A DNA stretch of 64,000 bases from Candidatus Lachnoclostridium pullistercoris (GCA_019119775.1 DWWL01000076.1:13240-77239); one strand, 5' to 3'; shown: positions 39,302 to 50,000, counted from the first letter of the stretch. A program made the numbers and translations. The notes: generated by a model from the letters alone, not told the origin.

Positions 39302-41548
39302 ATGAAGGATTGGAAACCCATCTGCTGGATCATCGGCATTCCTGTGCTGATTGTGCTGCTGATGATCGGCATCGTGATTTATGAACCCATACAGAACGGA
39401 ATTTCCAGAGGAGAGGCCGCGAGGGCGGCAGTCCTGGCCATGGTGTCGCGGGAGGAATGCGAGAGTTTTCTCGAGGATAAGGTGTCCCGCTTCAAGGCCG
39501 GGGATACAGATGAGTGGTATGTGAAATACATGGACTATCTGTATGAAAACGGATACTTAGACGAGGAGAGGACGCCGGCTGACCCGGAGAGCGCGGAGGG
39601 CTACATCACCTACGGGGAAGTGGAGGCTCTGGCCGGGCATATCTCCGGATCTCTGAAAAATAAGGCCAGGGCGACGGTAAACAACCGGGATGACGCCATG
39701 CCCCAGGACGAGTGGTGGCTGTTTTATGACTCCATGCTGAACGCAGTGGACGGGGGCAGCCAGGTGAGAGATGAGGAGATCACCATTTATCAGGTGGGCA
39801 GCGGGGAGGAAGATCCCTGGACTGTCTATACCAGCGCCGGCACTCTGGACTGCGAGGGGCTGACTTTAAAGCGGTATGAGGACCGGAAGAGCCGGGCCCT
39901 TTACCGGGGGACCAGCCTGATCCTTTTTGAGGAGCCGGAGTCAGACCAGGTGGTCTATGAAAATGTCTGGATTGCGGAAGGAGACGGCGGGGACTGTCTG
40001 GTCTATGTGGGCGGCATCACCAAGACCATGAAGACCGGCTTTGACGATAAGGAAAAGGAAGAGCTTTACAATAACATTGTGGACCTCTACCTGGAAAACG
40101 GCCGCGTGCGGCGCGCGGTGGTGAAAAAGGAGCGGCTGTCCGGCCGGGTTCTGGCGGTTGACCAGGATTCCATCGAGATTGAGGGCTACGGAGAACTGCC
40201 TTTGAGTCCTACGTTCCAGGTATTCCAGACTTACGGCACCTTTGCGCGGAAACAGGTGAAGGACATTCTGGTGGGATATGACAACCAGGAGTTTGTGGTT
40301 TCAGACGGTCAGGTGTGTGCAGCTCTGATCGTGAGGGCATTCGACGCGGATACGATCCGGGTGCTTCTGATGGACACGGGCTTTCACTCCCTGTTCCATC
40401 CGTCAGTCACCCTGAAAAGCGGCGGAGATATGACTCTCACCTGGGCGGACGGCGGCACGGAGACGGTGAAGGCCGGGGAAGAATTTACGGTGTCCGCGGA
40501 GGAGTCCAGGTTAAAGAGCGGCCGTCTGATCATACAGCCGGCGGACGGGAAGGAGATTTCCGTGACTTCCATTGAGAGGAGTCAGGGGACGCCGTCTTAC
40601 GAGGGGCGGCTGGAGATCTCTGCGGAGCAGGACGGCCTGGCCCTGGTAAATGAATTGTATCTGGAAGATTACCTAAAGCGGGTGGTGCCCAGCGAGATGC
40701 CGGCCAGCTATGAAAAGGAAGCGCTGAAGGCCCAGGCGGTCTGCGCCCGCACCTACGCCTACCGCCAGATCCAGGCCAACGGCTACAGCCAGTACGGCGC
40801 CCATGTGGACGACAGCACCACGTATCAGGTGTACAATAATATTTCCACCAACAGCCGGACGGACGCGGCTGTGGATGAGACGTACGGACAGATCCTCACT
40901 TACGACGGGGCACCGGTGGAGGCATTTTATTTTTCCACCTCCTGCGGCGCGACGGCGGACGGCAGCATCTGGGGAGGCGATCCGGACGCGGTTCCTTATT
41001 TAAAGAGTAAAATGCTGGGCTCAAACCCCAACGGCTACGATCTTCGGAATAATGTGGATTTCTACAATTTTATCCGCGATAAGAGCTACCAGGCATATGA
41101 TTCGGACTACGCCATGTTCCGCTGGCAGACTACCACCACCAGCGAGATCCTGGAGCAGAAGGTGACAGGAATCGGCACGGTGGAAAATATCACGGTCAAA
41201 TCCCGGGGCGCCGGCGGCGTGGTGCGGGAGCTGGAGATCACCGGATCTGAGGGAGTCAAGGTGCTTAACGGTCAGAGCCAGGTCCGCTCGATTTTAGGCA
41301 GCAGCTCCTTAAAGATCCGCAGGAAAGACGGCACTACCATGACTGGCCAGGAGACACTTCCCAGCGCCTTTATCGCCATTGAGAAAGACGGGGACGTGTT
41401 CCGCATTTACGGCGGCGGCTACGGTCACGGAGCTGGAATGAGCCAGAACGGCGCCCAGGGCATGGCAAAGAAAGGGAGCGATTACGAGGAGATCCTCGCA
41501 TTTTTCTACGACGGCACAGAGCTTGCCGATGTGGAAGGAAAAGATTAG
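39302..41548 (+). CDS. SpoIID/LytB domain protein, membrane anchored
   Basis: LEDYLKRVVPSEMP, ALKAQAVCARTYA, GYGHGAGMSQNGA. Confidence 0.92.
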   Translation: MKDWKPICWIIGIPVLIVLLMIGIVIYEPIQNGISRGEAARAAVLAMVSREECESFLEDKVSRFKAGDTDEWYVKYMDYLYENGYLDEERTPADPESAEGYITYGEVEALAGHISGSLKNKARATVNNRDDAMPQDEWWLFYDSMLNAVDGGSQVRDEEITIYQVGSGEEDPWTVYTSAGTLDCEGLTLKRYEDRKSRALYRGTSLILFEEPESDQVVYENVWIAEGDGGDCLVYVGGITKTMKTGFDDKEKEELYNNIVDLYLENGRVRRAVVKKERLSGRVLAVDQDSIEIEGYGELPLSPTFQVFQTYGTFARKQVKDILVGYDNQEFVVSDGQVCAALIVRAFDADTIRVLLMDTGFHSLFHPSVTLKSGGDMTLTWADGGTETVKAGEEFTVSAEESRLKSGRLIIQPADGKEISVTSIERSQGTPSYEGRLEISAEQDGLALVNELYLEDYLKRVVPSEMPASYEKEALKAQAVCARTYAYRQIQANGYSQYGAHVDDSTTYQVYNNISTNSRTDAAVDETYGQILTYDGAPVEAFYFSTSCGATADGSIWGGDPDAVPYLKSKMLGSNPNGYDLRNNVDFYNFIRDKSYQAYDSDYAMFRWQTTTTSEILEQKVTGIGTVENITVKSRGAGGVVRELEITGSEGVKVLNGQSQVRSILGSSSLKIRRKDGTTMTGQETLPSAFIAIEKDGDVFRIYGGGYGHGAGMSQNGAQGMAKKGSDYEEILAFFYDGTELADVEGKD

Positions 41549-41889
41549 ATTTCCGGCCAGGGAGGCAGTTTCCCATGCCGTCTCCCGAAACGGAAAAATT
41601 TTTCAAAAAAATGGCGGTTTCCTGAATATATTTCCGAAAACCGCCAATACTACTAACAGTTACAAAAGAGGAAATGAATACTTATCCTCCCCTTTTTTAT
41701 ACCTCGCTTGTTCGCTGAGTGCAGCAGGCGGGGTATTTTTTGAGTTTTCCTTGATTTTTCAGGGGAAATGGGCGTTTCTGTTTTTTAGAACTGCGCCGGC
41801 AAAACATCAAACACCTGTTCTGACACCAATTTGACACCACCTTGTCCATTTCTGCATCCAGTCTTCTTCTGTTATTTGGGACATTTCTT

Positions 41890-42186
41890 TCATTTTATTG
41901 TATTTAAAAAAGTCAGCAGAGATTCTCTTTGTTCTTTGTTCAGCTGGTAAATGGCATTGATCAGAGGATCAGATATCAGCTTTTTCTCAGTTTCGTCATC
42001 AAAAAATTCCGACAATGAGATGCCAAGGGCATCGCAGACATAGGAAAGCACCTCAACGGTAGGATTTTTGTTTCCCAGCTCCACATCGCGGAGGTAACTC
42101 TGGGAGATGCCGGCGAGAGTGGCGAGCTTATTAACAGTATAGTGTTTTGCGGTTCTGAGGCTGGTAATCCTTGCACCTACATCCAT
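41890..42186 (-). CDS. XRE family HTH regulator
   Basis: LATLAGISQSYLRDVELGNKNPT..ALGISLSEFF. Confidence 0.9.
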   Translation of the reverse strand: MDVGARITSLRTAKHYTVNKLATLAGISQSYLRDVELGNKNPTVEVLSYVCDALGISLSEFFDDETEKKLISDPLINAIYQLNKEQRESLLTFLNTIK

Positions 42187-42243
42187 GATTGAGACTCCTT
42201 TCGATGATGGATTAAGGATAACAAAATTTAAGAAGAGAAATTA

Positions 42244-42284
42244 CATCTATAGAGATTGAAAGATATCTTTATAAATGCTATAAT
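42244..42284 (+). promoter_or_regulatory. Sigma-A promoter with flanking inverted operator
   Basis: TTGAAA-17-TATAAT; CATCTATAGAGAT (42244) and ATCTTTATAAATG (42265) form an imperfect inverted repeat around the -35. Confidence 0.6.
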
Positions 42285-42435
42285 GGCTGTGAATTATAGA
42301 AGTTTATTCCAAAAATCGCAGAAATACACAGGTAAGGAACAAAGTAATATGTGTTCAAATTAACGGAGCTCACGATGCCTGTTCTATTTGAAAGTATTAT
42401 TTATATCGAGAGGAGTGAAGTGGAAGAGGAATAAT

Positions 42436-42714
42436 ATGATAGCGATATTTGTTACATTATTGATATTGATCATATGCTGGTATGCCCCATTTCCAATAAT
42501 GGTTGCTATAGTTGTCGCAGATTGGATTTTTCCTGACCCGATTGCAGTTTTAGATGAGATTGGTCTTTTATTGATATTTTTTTCTCGATTGAAGAAAGTA
42601 TTGTTTATATGGAATTTTACTCATAAGCATAAAGTACTCACAGTTTTATTGCTTTTTACAGTGATATTTTTTACAGTTTGTCTTGTTCGATATATTTTAG
42701 GAATGTCCATATAG
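42436..42714 (+). CDS. Small membrane protein (DUF1232-like PDPI..LDE motif)
   Basis: Hydrophobic, DWIFPDPIAVLDE; AT-rich. Confidence 0.6.
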   Translation: MIAIFVTLLILIICWYAPFPIMVAIVVADWIFPDPIAVLDEIGLLLIFFSRLKKVLFIWNFTHKHKVLTVLLLFTVIFFTVCLVRYILGMSI

Positions 42715-42855
42715 GTAGAGAGTTGTTTAATGAATTACAGGAAAAATGTAGTTGCTTTTATATCAGTTTTTTAATCGGTATGGAACATCCATAAAATAAA
42801 AAGATCAATATAATTATGGCAAAAGTATATTTTTTTAAGAAGTGAGGAGAAAGAT

Positions 42856-43800
42856 ATGGGAAAACGTGAACGAAAAAGAGAAATTATTCAAAAATATTTG
42901 CCTAATTGCAGTACATGGTCGGTGTATACTTATGGCAATATCCCCAAAAGCAGGATTGATGGTGCATGTAAGTCTTACGCAGGCAGTGTGGATTATAATG
43001 AAGTGTTAGGCTTAATTGATGAAACTGTCTTTGGAAGTGGAAAAAAAGGTTTTTTATTTACTGTTGATGGATTCTATACTGATGGCAATAATAAATTTCT
43101 CAGATATTCAGATGGAATATCGTATAAATCGTTAGGCGCTGGTTATAATTTAACAGCTATGAATGAGATGCTTGATAAGCTGTATCAAATTGAATCGGAA
43201 CCAAGTGGATGGGATATAGCCGGAGCACTTTTGGGAGGAGCGTTTGATTTCCTGCAAGCATGGTCAGATAATTCAGATACATCAGAAAATATGGATACGG
43301 CAAAAGACGGATTTATTGAAAGTGAGGTAATTGAACCAGATGAAATAGTTGATGAAAGTAATTTCATTGATGTTGAAAACGATGATGATTGGAATAACAA
43401 AACAAGATGGGATTTAATTATTACATATCTGAAGTCTAGAAGTACGATGCTTCAATTTTCTTTGCTGCAAACGGATTGGCTGCAAGATTCATCGGAAATG
43501 ATAGACATACTTCATAGTTTGCAAAATGAAGATCTATCTATTGAAGAGTCCTGTGATGAAATAATTAAATCAGCAGATGAAGAAAAGGGGATAATAAAGG
43601 CGGAGTCAGCATATTCTTTTGAAAAAAATTCGCGCAGGTTTCAAAATAAACTTAAATATTATATATCGGAATTGAATATGTGCGATGAGGATGAAAAAAA
43701 GGATATACTAGAAGACTGTAAAACAGAAATTTCAGGATATCAAAAAATATTAGAACGCGAGATTTCTCAATTGAAACAAATTCGTTCTGTGATGGAATAG
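42856..43800 (+). CDS. Hypothetical protein, AT-rich, acidic helical C-terminus
   Basis: GAGGAG RBS; N-terminal NIPKSRI..DETVFGSGKKGFLFT motif. Confidence 0.75.
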   Translation: MGKRERKREIIQKYLPNCSTWSVYTYGNIPKSRIDGACKSYAGSVDYNEVLGLIDETVFGSGKKGFLFTVDGFYTDGNNKFLRYSDGISYKSLGAGYNLTAMNEMLDKLYQIESEPSGWDIAGALLGGAFDFLQAWSDNSDTSENMDTAKDGFIESEVIEPDEIVDESNFIDVENDDDWNNKTRWDLIITYLKSRSTMLQFSLLQTDWLQDSSEMIDILHSLQNEDLSIEESCDEIIKSADEEKGIIKAESAYSFEKNSRRFQNKLKYYISELNMCDEDEKKDILEDCKTEISGYQKILEREISQLKQIRSVME

Positions 43801-44023
43801 AATGGGAATGGCTGAGAAACTGGTATATTAAGAAATTGCACCCTGATGGAACAAATCCAGCGGGGTGCTTTTTTGTTTCCTGCTTTTCAGAGATGAAAGC
43901 TGCTTTCCTCTGCGGAAAGGAGGTGCAGAGGAAAATGCAGGGAGAAGTGGCTGGAAAGCTCGAAAAAGCGGAGGATGGAATTTAGCTGACATGGAGACAA
44001 GAGAAAAATAAGAGGAGGACAGA

Positions 44024-44320
44024 ATGAAAACGAAAGACTTTTTTGATATGGTGGTTGAGGAACGGATTGCTATGATATTGGGACAGAAGGAGATGGTCCG
44101 CGAAGTTGAGTGGATCGCCCAGGCAGAAGAGATGATGAAGAATGTTGATGCGAAACAGAAAAATTCTCTGCTGGCGTATATTAACCGGCTGATCGATGAA
44201 GTGGCTGTTTCGGAGAGAAAATTATACCTGGACGGAGTGAAAGATGGGATCTGGATAGCCGGGCTGGTGCTCCAATATCTGAAGCTGCCCCAGAACGCAG
44301 ACCCAGAGCACATTCTGTGA
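44024..44320 (+). CDS. Small hypothetical helical protein
   Basis: GGAGG RBS; LYLDGVKDG motif common in small clostridial proteins. Confidence 0.6.
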   Translation: MKTKDFFDMVVEERIAMILGQKEMVREVEWIAQAEEMMKNVDAKQKNSLLAYINRLIDEVAVSERKLYLDGVKDGIWIAGLVLQYLKLPQNADPEHIL

Positions 44321-44509
44321 CATTCTGGGATCAGAAGATTTTGAAATCAACATTTTCCCCGACGGCTTGCCTAGGCGTTCCTTGCGATCTGCCCTGGCTA
44401 TCCCAGCTCAGCTTCCTATTTTAGACTCTGCCTCTGTCCCCGCAAATTGACATAAAATTCCAGATAGGTTATACTACGGAAAGATCTAAGCAGAAAAGAG
44501 GAGCGCAGG

Positions 44510-44920
44510 ATGAATCTGATTATTTGCATCGAGGACCGCTTCGGCATGGCCTTCAATAACCGCCGGCTGAGCATGGACAAAGCGGTCCGGGAGAAAATTC
44601 TGGAGGCAGCGGCGGGAAAAACGCTGTGGATGAGCAGCTACAGCAGAAAACAGTTTGAGGAGGAAGGAGAGGCGTCTGTCCGCACAGACGACCAATTCCT
44701 GGAAAAAGCGGGAGACGGGGAGTACTGTTTTGCGGAGCTGGAGGACGTAACTCCTTATAAGGACCGCTTAGAGGGGATCGTGCTGTTTCGGTGGAACCGG
44801 AGATATCCGGCGGATCTGTATTTCGACCCGGAGCTGCTGAAGCCGTTTCAGCTGGTAAAGACAGAGGAGTTTCCGGGAAGTTCCCATGAGAAGATCACCA
44901 TGGAGGTGTATTCGCTATGA
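44510..44920 (+). CDS. Conserved hypothetical protein, DHFR-like outline
   Basis: GMAFNNRRLSMD, FRWNRRYPADLYF, EFPGSSHEKIT. Confidence 0.7.
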   Translation: MNLIICIEDRFGMAFNNRRLSMDKAVREKILEAAAGKTLWMSSYSRKQFEEEGEASVRTDDQFLEKAGDGEYCFAELEDVTPYKDRLEGIVLFRWNRRYPADLYFDPELLKPFQLVKTEEFPGSSHEKITMEVYSL

Positions 44921-45963
44921 GACGGGAGCGTGAGCCGGAAAGCAGGGCGGAAGGCCGGGAAGCGGCTTCAGTGAGAAAAAGAAGGGGCTTTTGGGCTGAA
45001 TGGCGCGCGGCAGCGGCCGTGGCGGCGGCAGCCCTTGTCCTGGCAGGCTGCGGCGGAGGGTTTTCGGCGGACGGGCTTTCCTGGCCGGAAGGAAATGTCC
45101 AGGAAAATACCGGTGCAGGTTCCGGAGTGCAGGCGGATGACTTTTCCGGCACGCCCTATGAGACTGTCAACGGAAACGTTCCTTATTTCACAGAAGAGGA
45201 GCTGGCGGGCGGAACGGAGTCCTTCGAGAGCTACAGCGAGCTGGACCGTCTGGGGCGGTGCGGCCAGGCATTTGCCAGTGTGGGGCAGGACCTGATGCCG
45301 ACGGAGGAACGGGAGAGCATCAGTCAGGTGAAGCCTTCCGGATGGCAGACGGCCCGCTACGACATTGTGGACGGGGGATATCTGTACAACCGCTGTCATC
45401 TGATCGGATATCAGCTTTCCGGAGAGAATGCCAATGAGAAAAATCTCATCACAGGGACCAGATACATGAATGTGGAAGGAATGCTGCCATTTGAAAATAT
45501 GACGGCCGACTATGTGAAGGAGACGGGGAACCATGTGCTTTACCGGGTCACGCCGGAATTTGCGGGAGATGAGCTGGTGGCCCGGGGCGTGCTGATGGAG
45601 GCCCAGTCGGTGGAAGATGAAGGCGAGGGCATCCAGTTCTGCGTCTATGTCTACAATGTGCAGCCGGGGATTGAGATCGACTATGCCACCGGGGACAGCC
45701 GGCTGGCTGTGGAAAATGACGGCGGCCGGGAGACAGACGGCAAAGCAGGGGCATCAGACGGCGGGACAGAGGACGGAATTTCTCAGTCAGGCGCGGAGTC
45801 AGAGGAAAAAGAGTATGTGCTCAACACCGGGACAAAGCGGTTTCACAGGCCGGACTGCAGCAGCGTAAAGGATATGAAGGAGGAAAACCGGGAGGACTAT
45901 TTCGGAACCAGAGAGGAGCTTTTGGCGGAGGGATATGAGCCCTGCGGACGGTGCAGACCGTAA
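44917..45963 (+). CDS. DNA/RNA non-specific endonuclease lipoprotein with C-terminal Ada-like metal-binding domain
   Basis: LAGC lipobox; LYNRCHLIG, NLITGTRYMN; FHRPDC..PCGRCRP. Confidence 0.88.
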   Translation: MRREREPESRAEGREAASVRKRRGFWAEWRAAAAVAAAALVLAGCGGGFSADGLSWPEGNVQENTGAGSGVQADDFSGTPYETVNGNVPYFTEEELAGGTESFESYSELDRLGRCGQAFASVGQDLMPTEERESISQVKPSGWQTARYDIVDGGYLYNRCHLIGYQLSGENANEKNLITGTRYMNVEGMLPFENMTADYVKETGNHVLYRVTPEFAGDELVARGVLMEAQSVEDEGEGIQFCVYVYNVQPGIEIDYATGDSRLAVENDGGRETDGKAGASDGGTEDGISQSGAESEEKEYVLNTGTKRFHRPDCSSVKDMKEENREDYFGTREELLAEGYEPCGRCRP

Positions 45964-46167
45964 AAACAGGGGGAAAACGGCTTCGGAAGGGGAAAAAGAC
46001 GCGGAGGCAGCCTGGCAAAAACCTCGTATTTATGCGGGTTTCTGGGAAAACGTGTCAATTGAATAAAAAAAATTACACAATTTTGAAAAAAACATTTGCA
46101 AAATCCGGAGTTTTGTATTATACTATCTCACGTAGTCCTCGAGAGAACAAAAAGGATGGTTACAAAG

Positions 46168-46683
46168 ATGGCAACGATGTTGGAAACATGGAGAGGTCTT
46201 GCATACGGAGACGGGCTGGCGAAGAAGCAGCAGGAAGAACTCTGGAGCAGATACTTCCAGATTGAAAAAGGTATTTACGAGCAGATCCTTGCAGATCCCA
46301 CGCAGGTGATCGAGGGAACGGTAAAGGAACTTGCTGATAAATATAATACAGACACTTTGATCATGACCGGTTTTCTGGACGGCATCAATGAGAGCCTGAA
46401 GGGATATGAGAACCCGATCGATACCATGGATGAGAATACTCAGGTAAAGATCGAGATCGATCCGGAAAAGCTTTACTACAACATGGTCGAGGCGAAAGCC
46501 AACTGGCTTTATGAACTTCCTCAGTGGGACAGCATTCTGAGTGAGGAGAGACGGAAAGAACTTTACAAGGAGCAGAAAGCTTCCGGAACTGTTCGCCGTC
46601 AGACGAAGAAAGTATATCCCAATGATCCCTGTCCCTGTGGCAGCGGCAAGAAGTACAAAAAGTGCTGTGGAAAAAATTTATAA
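46168..46683 (+). CDS. SEC-C metal-binding domain protein
   Basis: [17 protein letters not shown]. Confidence 0.92.
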   Translation: MATMLETWRGLAYGDGLAKKQQEELWSRYFQIEKGIYEQILADPTQVIEGTVKELADKYNTDTLIMTGFLDGINESLKGYENPIDTMDENTQVKIEIDPEKLYYNMVEAKANWLYELPQWDSILSEERRKELYKEQKASGTVRRQTKKVYPNDPCPCGSGKKYKKCCGKNL

Positions 46684-46719
46684 TTGATTCATCGCGGCTG
46701 GAAACAGCCGCAGATATGA

Positions 46720-46793
46720 CGGGGTATGGCGTAGCTTGGTAGCGCGCTCGGCTGGGGGCCGAGAGGTCGCAGGTTCAAATCCTGTTGCCCCGA
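46720..46793 (+). tRNA. tRNA-Pro(GGG)
   Basis: Cloverleaf; anticodon arm CTCGG-CTGGGGG-CCGAG; T-loop GGTTCAAATCC; CCA not encoded. Confidence 0.95.
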
Positions 46794-46835
46794 TGAATGA
46801 AAGTGCTGGGTGCCTGAAAACAGGTTTCCGGCACT

Positions 46836-46945
46836 TTTTGCATAACGGGAAATTTCGTTTCCGGCTGTGCGAAAAAACGCTCCGAGGAGACCCTGCTGGG
46901 GCGGAAAGAAAAGTGGTCCTTTCGCGGCCTGCCGCAGAGGGAGAA
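46836..46945 (+). repeat. Intergenic ~100-bp repeat, copy 1
   Basis: AAAAACGCTCCG..GCGGAAAGAAAA..CTTTCGCGGCCTGCCGCAG. Confidence 0.7.
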
Positions 46946-47048
46946 GCCTGTGGAGCAGAATTCTTTTTGTACGGTAAGCCCGGCAGGCAGCTGCCGGACT
47001 GTACAGACATGAGAGATAAGTAGGCCGCGAAAGGCGGAAGGAGGAACG

Positions 47049-47843
47049 GTGAAGATGCCGAAAAAGAGGATTGCCAGTTTTGACGTGGATCAGACTCTGC
47101 TGGATCATGCAACGTACCGGATCCCGGACAGTGCCCTGAAAGCGCTGGATGAGCTGCGGGATGACTGTTACATTGTGCTTTCCACCGGGCGGGATATGGA
47201 CAATTATTACAGCAAGCAGTATCGGGACGCGGTGCAGCCTGATGCGGTGATCCATTTAAACGGGACAAAGATCACAGTTGGGGATGAGCTGATCTATGAG
47301 CACGAGATGGATAAGACTCTGCTGAAGAATATATTTGAGTATGCCGATCAGGCCGGCTACGGGCTGGGCGTCACCATCGGGGATGAGGATTATTACCTTC
47401 ATCCGGAGGCGGTGAAGGAGATGGACCTGGCGCGCTGGGGAAGATGCGAGCGCCGGTTCAAGGATCCGTGGGTCCTGCTGGAGAAAGGCGTGAGGACTCT
47501 GGCCTATGTGGGCCGTGAGGAGGGCGCCATGGATATGGAAAAGCATTTTCCGGAGCTGAAGTTCCTTATGTTCGCCGGCCGGATGGGGGCGGATGTGGTG
47601 GAGCGCGAGGCGTCCAAGGCGCAGGGTCTTCTGCGGCTCTGCCAGTATTACGGGCTGTCAGCCCAGGACGCGGTGGCGTTCGGGGACAGCATGAATGATT
47701 TTGAGATCCTACAGACGGCTGGTCTGGGCATTGCCATGGGAAATGCCATGGATGAGTTAAAGCAGGTGGCAGATTATGTCACGGCCCCCGTGGGAGAAGA
47801 CGGAATCTGGAAAGCCTGCGAGCATTTCCATTTTTTCAGATAG
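47049..47843 (+). CDS. Cof-type HAD hydrolase
   Basis: FDVDQTLL, STGR, SKAQG, FGDSMND. Confidence 0.9.
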   Translation: MKMPKKRIASFDVDQTLLDHATYRIPDSALKALDELRDDCYIVLSTGRDMDNYYSKQYRDAVQPDAVIHLNGTKITVGDELIYEHEMDKTLLKNIFEYADQAGYGLGVTIGDEDYYLHPEAVKEMDLARWGRCERRFKDPWVLLEKGVRTLAYVGREEGAMDMEKHFPELKFLMFAGRMGADVVEREASKAQGLLRLCQYYGLSAQDAVAFGDSMNDFEILQTAGLGIAMGNAMDELKQVADYVTAPVGEDGIWKACEHFHFFR

Positions 47844-47898
47844 ACGGGATTTTTTCAGTATAGAAGGAATTTTTGCAGATAGGAAGGAGAGAAGGACT

Positions 47899-49680
47899 GT
47901 GAACGAGCATTTGGAAAAGCTGAGGGAAAAAATGAGAGAGAGAGGCATTGACATGTATGTGGTGCCCACCTCTGATTTCCACGAGTCTGAGTATGTGGGA
48001 GAGCATTTTGCCTGCCGGAAATATATCACCGGTTTTACCGGTTCCGCGGGAACGGCGGTGGTGACTATGGACGAGGCCGGATTGTGGACGGACGGCCGGT
48101 ATTTTGTCCAGGCGTCAAAACAGCTGGAGGGAAGCGGCGTGACACTCCGTAAAATGGGAGTGGAGGGCGTGCCGACCATTCTGGAATACATCAGAGATGC
48201 TTTCCCGGAAGGCGGAAAGCTGGGCTTTGACGGCCGCGTAATCAATGAACTTCTGGGAGAGGAGCTGGAAACCGCCGTGTCCGGAAAGCACGGGACAGTG
48301 GAGTACGGAGAAGATCTGGTGGGAATGATCTGGGAAGACCGGCCGCCGCTTTCCAGGGAGCCGGTGTGGATCCTAGATGAAAAGTACTGCGGAAAGTCTG
48401 CCGCAGAGAAGATTTCCAACCTCCGTCATGCTATGAGAGAGGCGGGGGCGGACGTCCATGTGCTCACGGCTCTGGACGATATTGTCTGGCTGTTAAACAT
48501 CCGTGGAAATGACGTTCCCTGCAACCCGGTAGTCCTTTCCTATCTGGCAGTGACGGACAGCCAGGTGCTGTTCTTCGTGCAGGAGGAAGTGCTGAATGAT
48601 GAGGTGAAGGCTTACCTTGCAGAGCTTGATGTGACGGTGATGCCTTACGACAGCATTTACGAGTACGTGAAAACCTTCCGGAACCAGATGGTGATGGTGG
48701 AGAAGAGCCGCATCAACTACGCTCTCTGCCACAATCTGGATTCCAGCTGCTCCATCATTGACCGGATGAATCCCACGGCGGTGAAGGCGGTAAAGAATGA
48801 GACGGAGATGGAAAATATCCGCCGCGCCCACATCAAAGACGGCGTTGCGGTGACAAAGTATATTTACTGGCTGAAGAAAAATATCGGAAAGATTCCCATG
48901 GACGAGATGAGTGTGGCGGACCGGCTGGAAGAGTTCAGAAAAGAGCAGGAAGGCTATCTGGGGCCCAGCTTCAGCACCATTTCCGCCTACGGGCCGAACG
49001 CGGCTATGTGCCATTATTCTGCCACGGAGGAGAGCAAGGCGGTTCTGGAGCCGAGGGGACTTTACCTGATCGATTCCGGCGGACAGTATTATGAGGGCAC
49101 CACGGATATTACCAGGACCATCGTTTTGGGTGAACTGACGGCGGAGGAGAAGGAGCATTTCACCCTGACGGTGATGAGCATGCTCCGTCTGGGAAATGTG
49201 AAGTTTCTCCACGGCTGCCGCGGCCTGAACCTGGACTATGTGGCCAGGGAGGTATTCTGGCAGAGGGGCCTGAATTTTGACCACGGCACCGGTCACGGCG
49301 TGGGATATCTGCTGAACGTTCACGAGCGTCCCAACGGCATCCGCTGGAAGATCGTTCCGGAGAGACAGGACAGCGGAGTGCTGGAGGAGGGAATGCTCAC
49401 CTCCGACGAGCCTGGCATCTATATTGAGAGCAGCCACGGCATCCGCACGGAGAATCTGATTCTGTGCCGGAAAGCGGAGAAGACGGAGTACGGCCAGTTT
49501 ATGAGGTTTGAGTTCGTGACCTTTGTGCCCATCGATCTGGACGCCATCGACAAATCTGTCATGCGCCAGGAAGATGTGGACATGTTAAACGCCTACCACA
49601 AAGAGGTGTACGAGAAGATTTCTCCTTATCTGACGAAGGAGGAGGCTGACTGGTTGAAGGAGTACACGAGAGCCATCTGA
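47899..49680 (+). CDS. Aminopeptidase P family (M24B)
   Basis: DFHESEY, DSGGQYYEGTTDITRT, HGTGHGVG, EPGIY, GIRTEN. Confidence 0.93.
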   Translation: MNEHLEKLREKMRERGIDMYVVPTSDFHESEYVGEHFACRKYITGFTGSAGTAVVTMDEAGLWTDGRYFVQASKQLEGSGVTLRKMGVEGVPTILEYIRDAFPEGGKLGFDGRVINELLGEELETAVSGKHGTVEYGEDLVGMIWEDRPPLSREPVWILDEKYCGKSAAEKISNLRHAMREAGADVHVLTALDDIVWLLNIRGNDVPCNPVVLSYLAVTDSQVLFFVQEEVLNDEVKAYLAELDVTVMPYDSIYEYVKTFRNQMVMVEKSRINYALCHNLDSSCSIIDRMNPTAVKAVKNETEMENIRRAHIKDGVAVTKYIYWLKKNIGKIPMDEMSVADRLEEFRKEQEGYLGPSFSTISAYGPNAAMCHYSATEESKAVLEPRGLYLIDSGGQYYEGTTDITRTIVLGELTAEEKEHFTLTVMSMLRLGNVKFLHGCRGLNLDYVAREVFWQRGLNFDHGTGHGVGYLLNVHERPNGIRWKIVPERQDSGVLEEGMLTSDEPGIYIESSHGIRTENLILCRKAEKTEYGQFMRFEFVTFVPIDLDAIDKSVMRQEDVDMLNAYHKEVYEKISPYLTKEEADWLKEYTRAI

Positions 49681-49804
49681 GCGGAAGACAGATGAAAAAT
49701 CAGACAAGAAGAGTGAGACAGTCAGATCAGAAAAAATAAAGGCAGAAGGACAGCTTGCACGGCGGGACCTGGAAAGGTTCTGATATGCCGCGGGGGCTGT
49801 CCTT

Positions 49805-49904
49805 TTTTTGTATAGCGAAACTTCGTTCCGGTTATATAAAAACGCTCCGCAGGGACCGCACTGCGCCGAAAAGGAAACTGCCGCTTTCGCGGCCCGCCGC
49901 AGGC
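49805..49904 (+). repeat. Intergenic ~100-bp repeat, copy 2
   Basis: AAAAACGCTCCG..CGCACTGCGCCGAAAAGGAAA..CTTTCGCGGCCCGCCGCAGG. Confidence 0.7.
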
Positions 49905-49931
49905 ATAAGAAGGGAGATGAAAGGGATAAAA

Positions 49932-50000
49932 ATGAAATAAAATTACATAAAAAATATTTTTACAAAATATGTTGTAATTTCGTTTCATATGTGCTATTAT
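49932..50000 (+). promoter_or_regulatory. PTS-murQ operon promoter with two inverted operator boxes
   Basis: ATGAAATAAAATTACA (49932) and TGTAATTTCGTTTCAT (49973); TTGTAA-17-TATTAT overlaps box 2. Confidence 0.65.

Noticed and set aside
46720-46830. tRNA-Pro as integration site
   Set aside because: No duplicated 3' end, integrase or GC shift next to it
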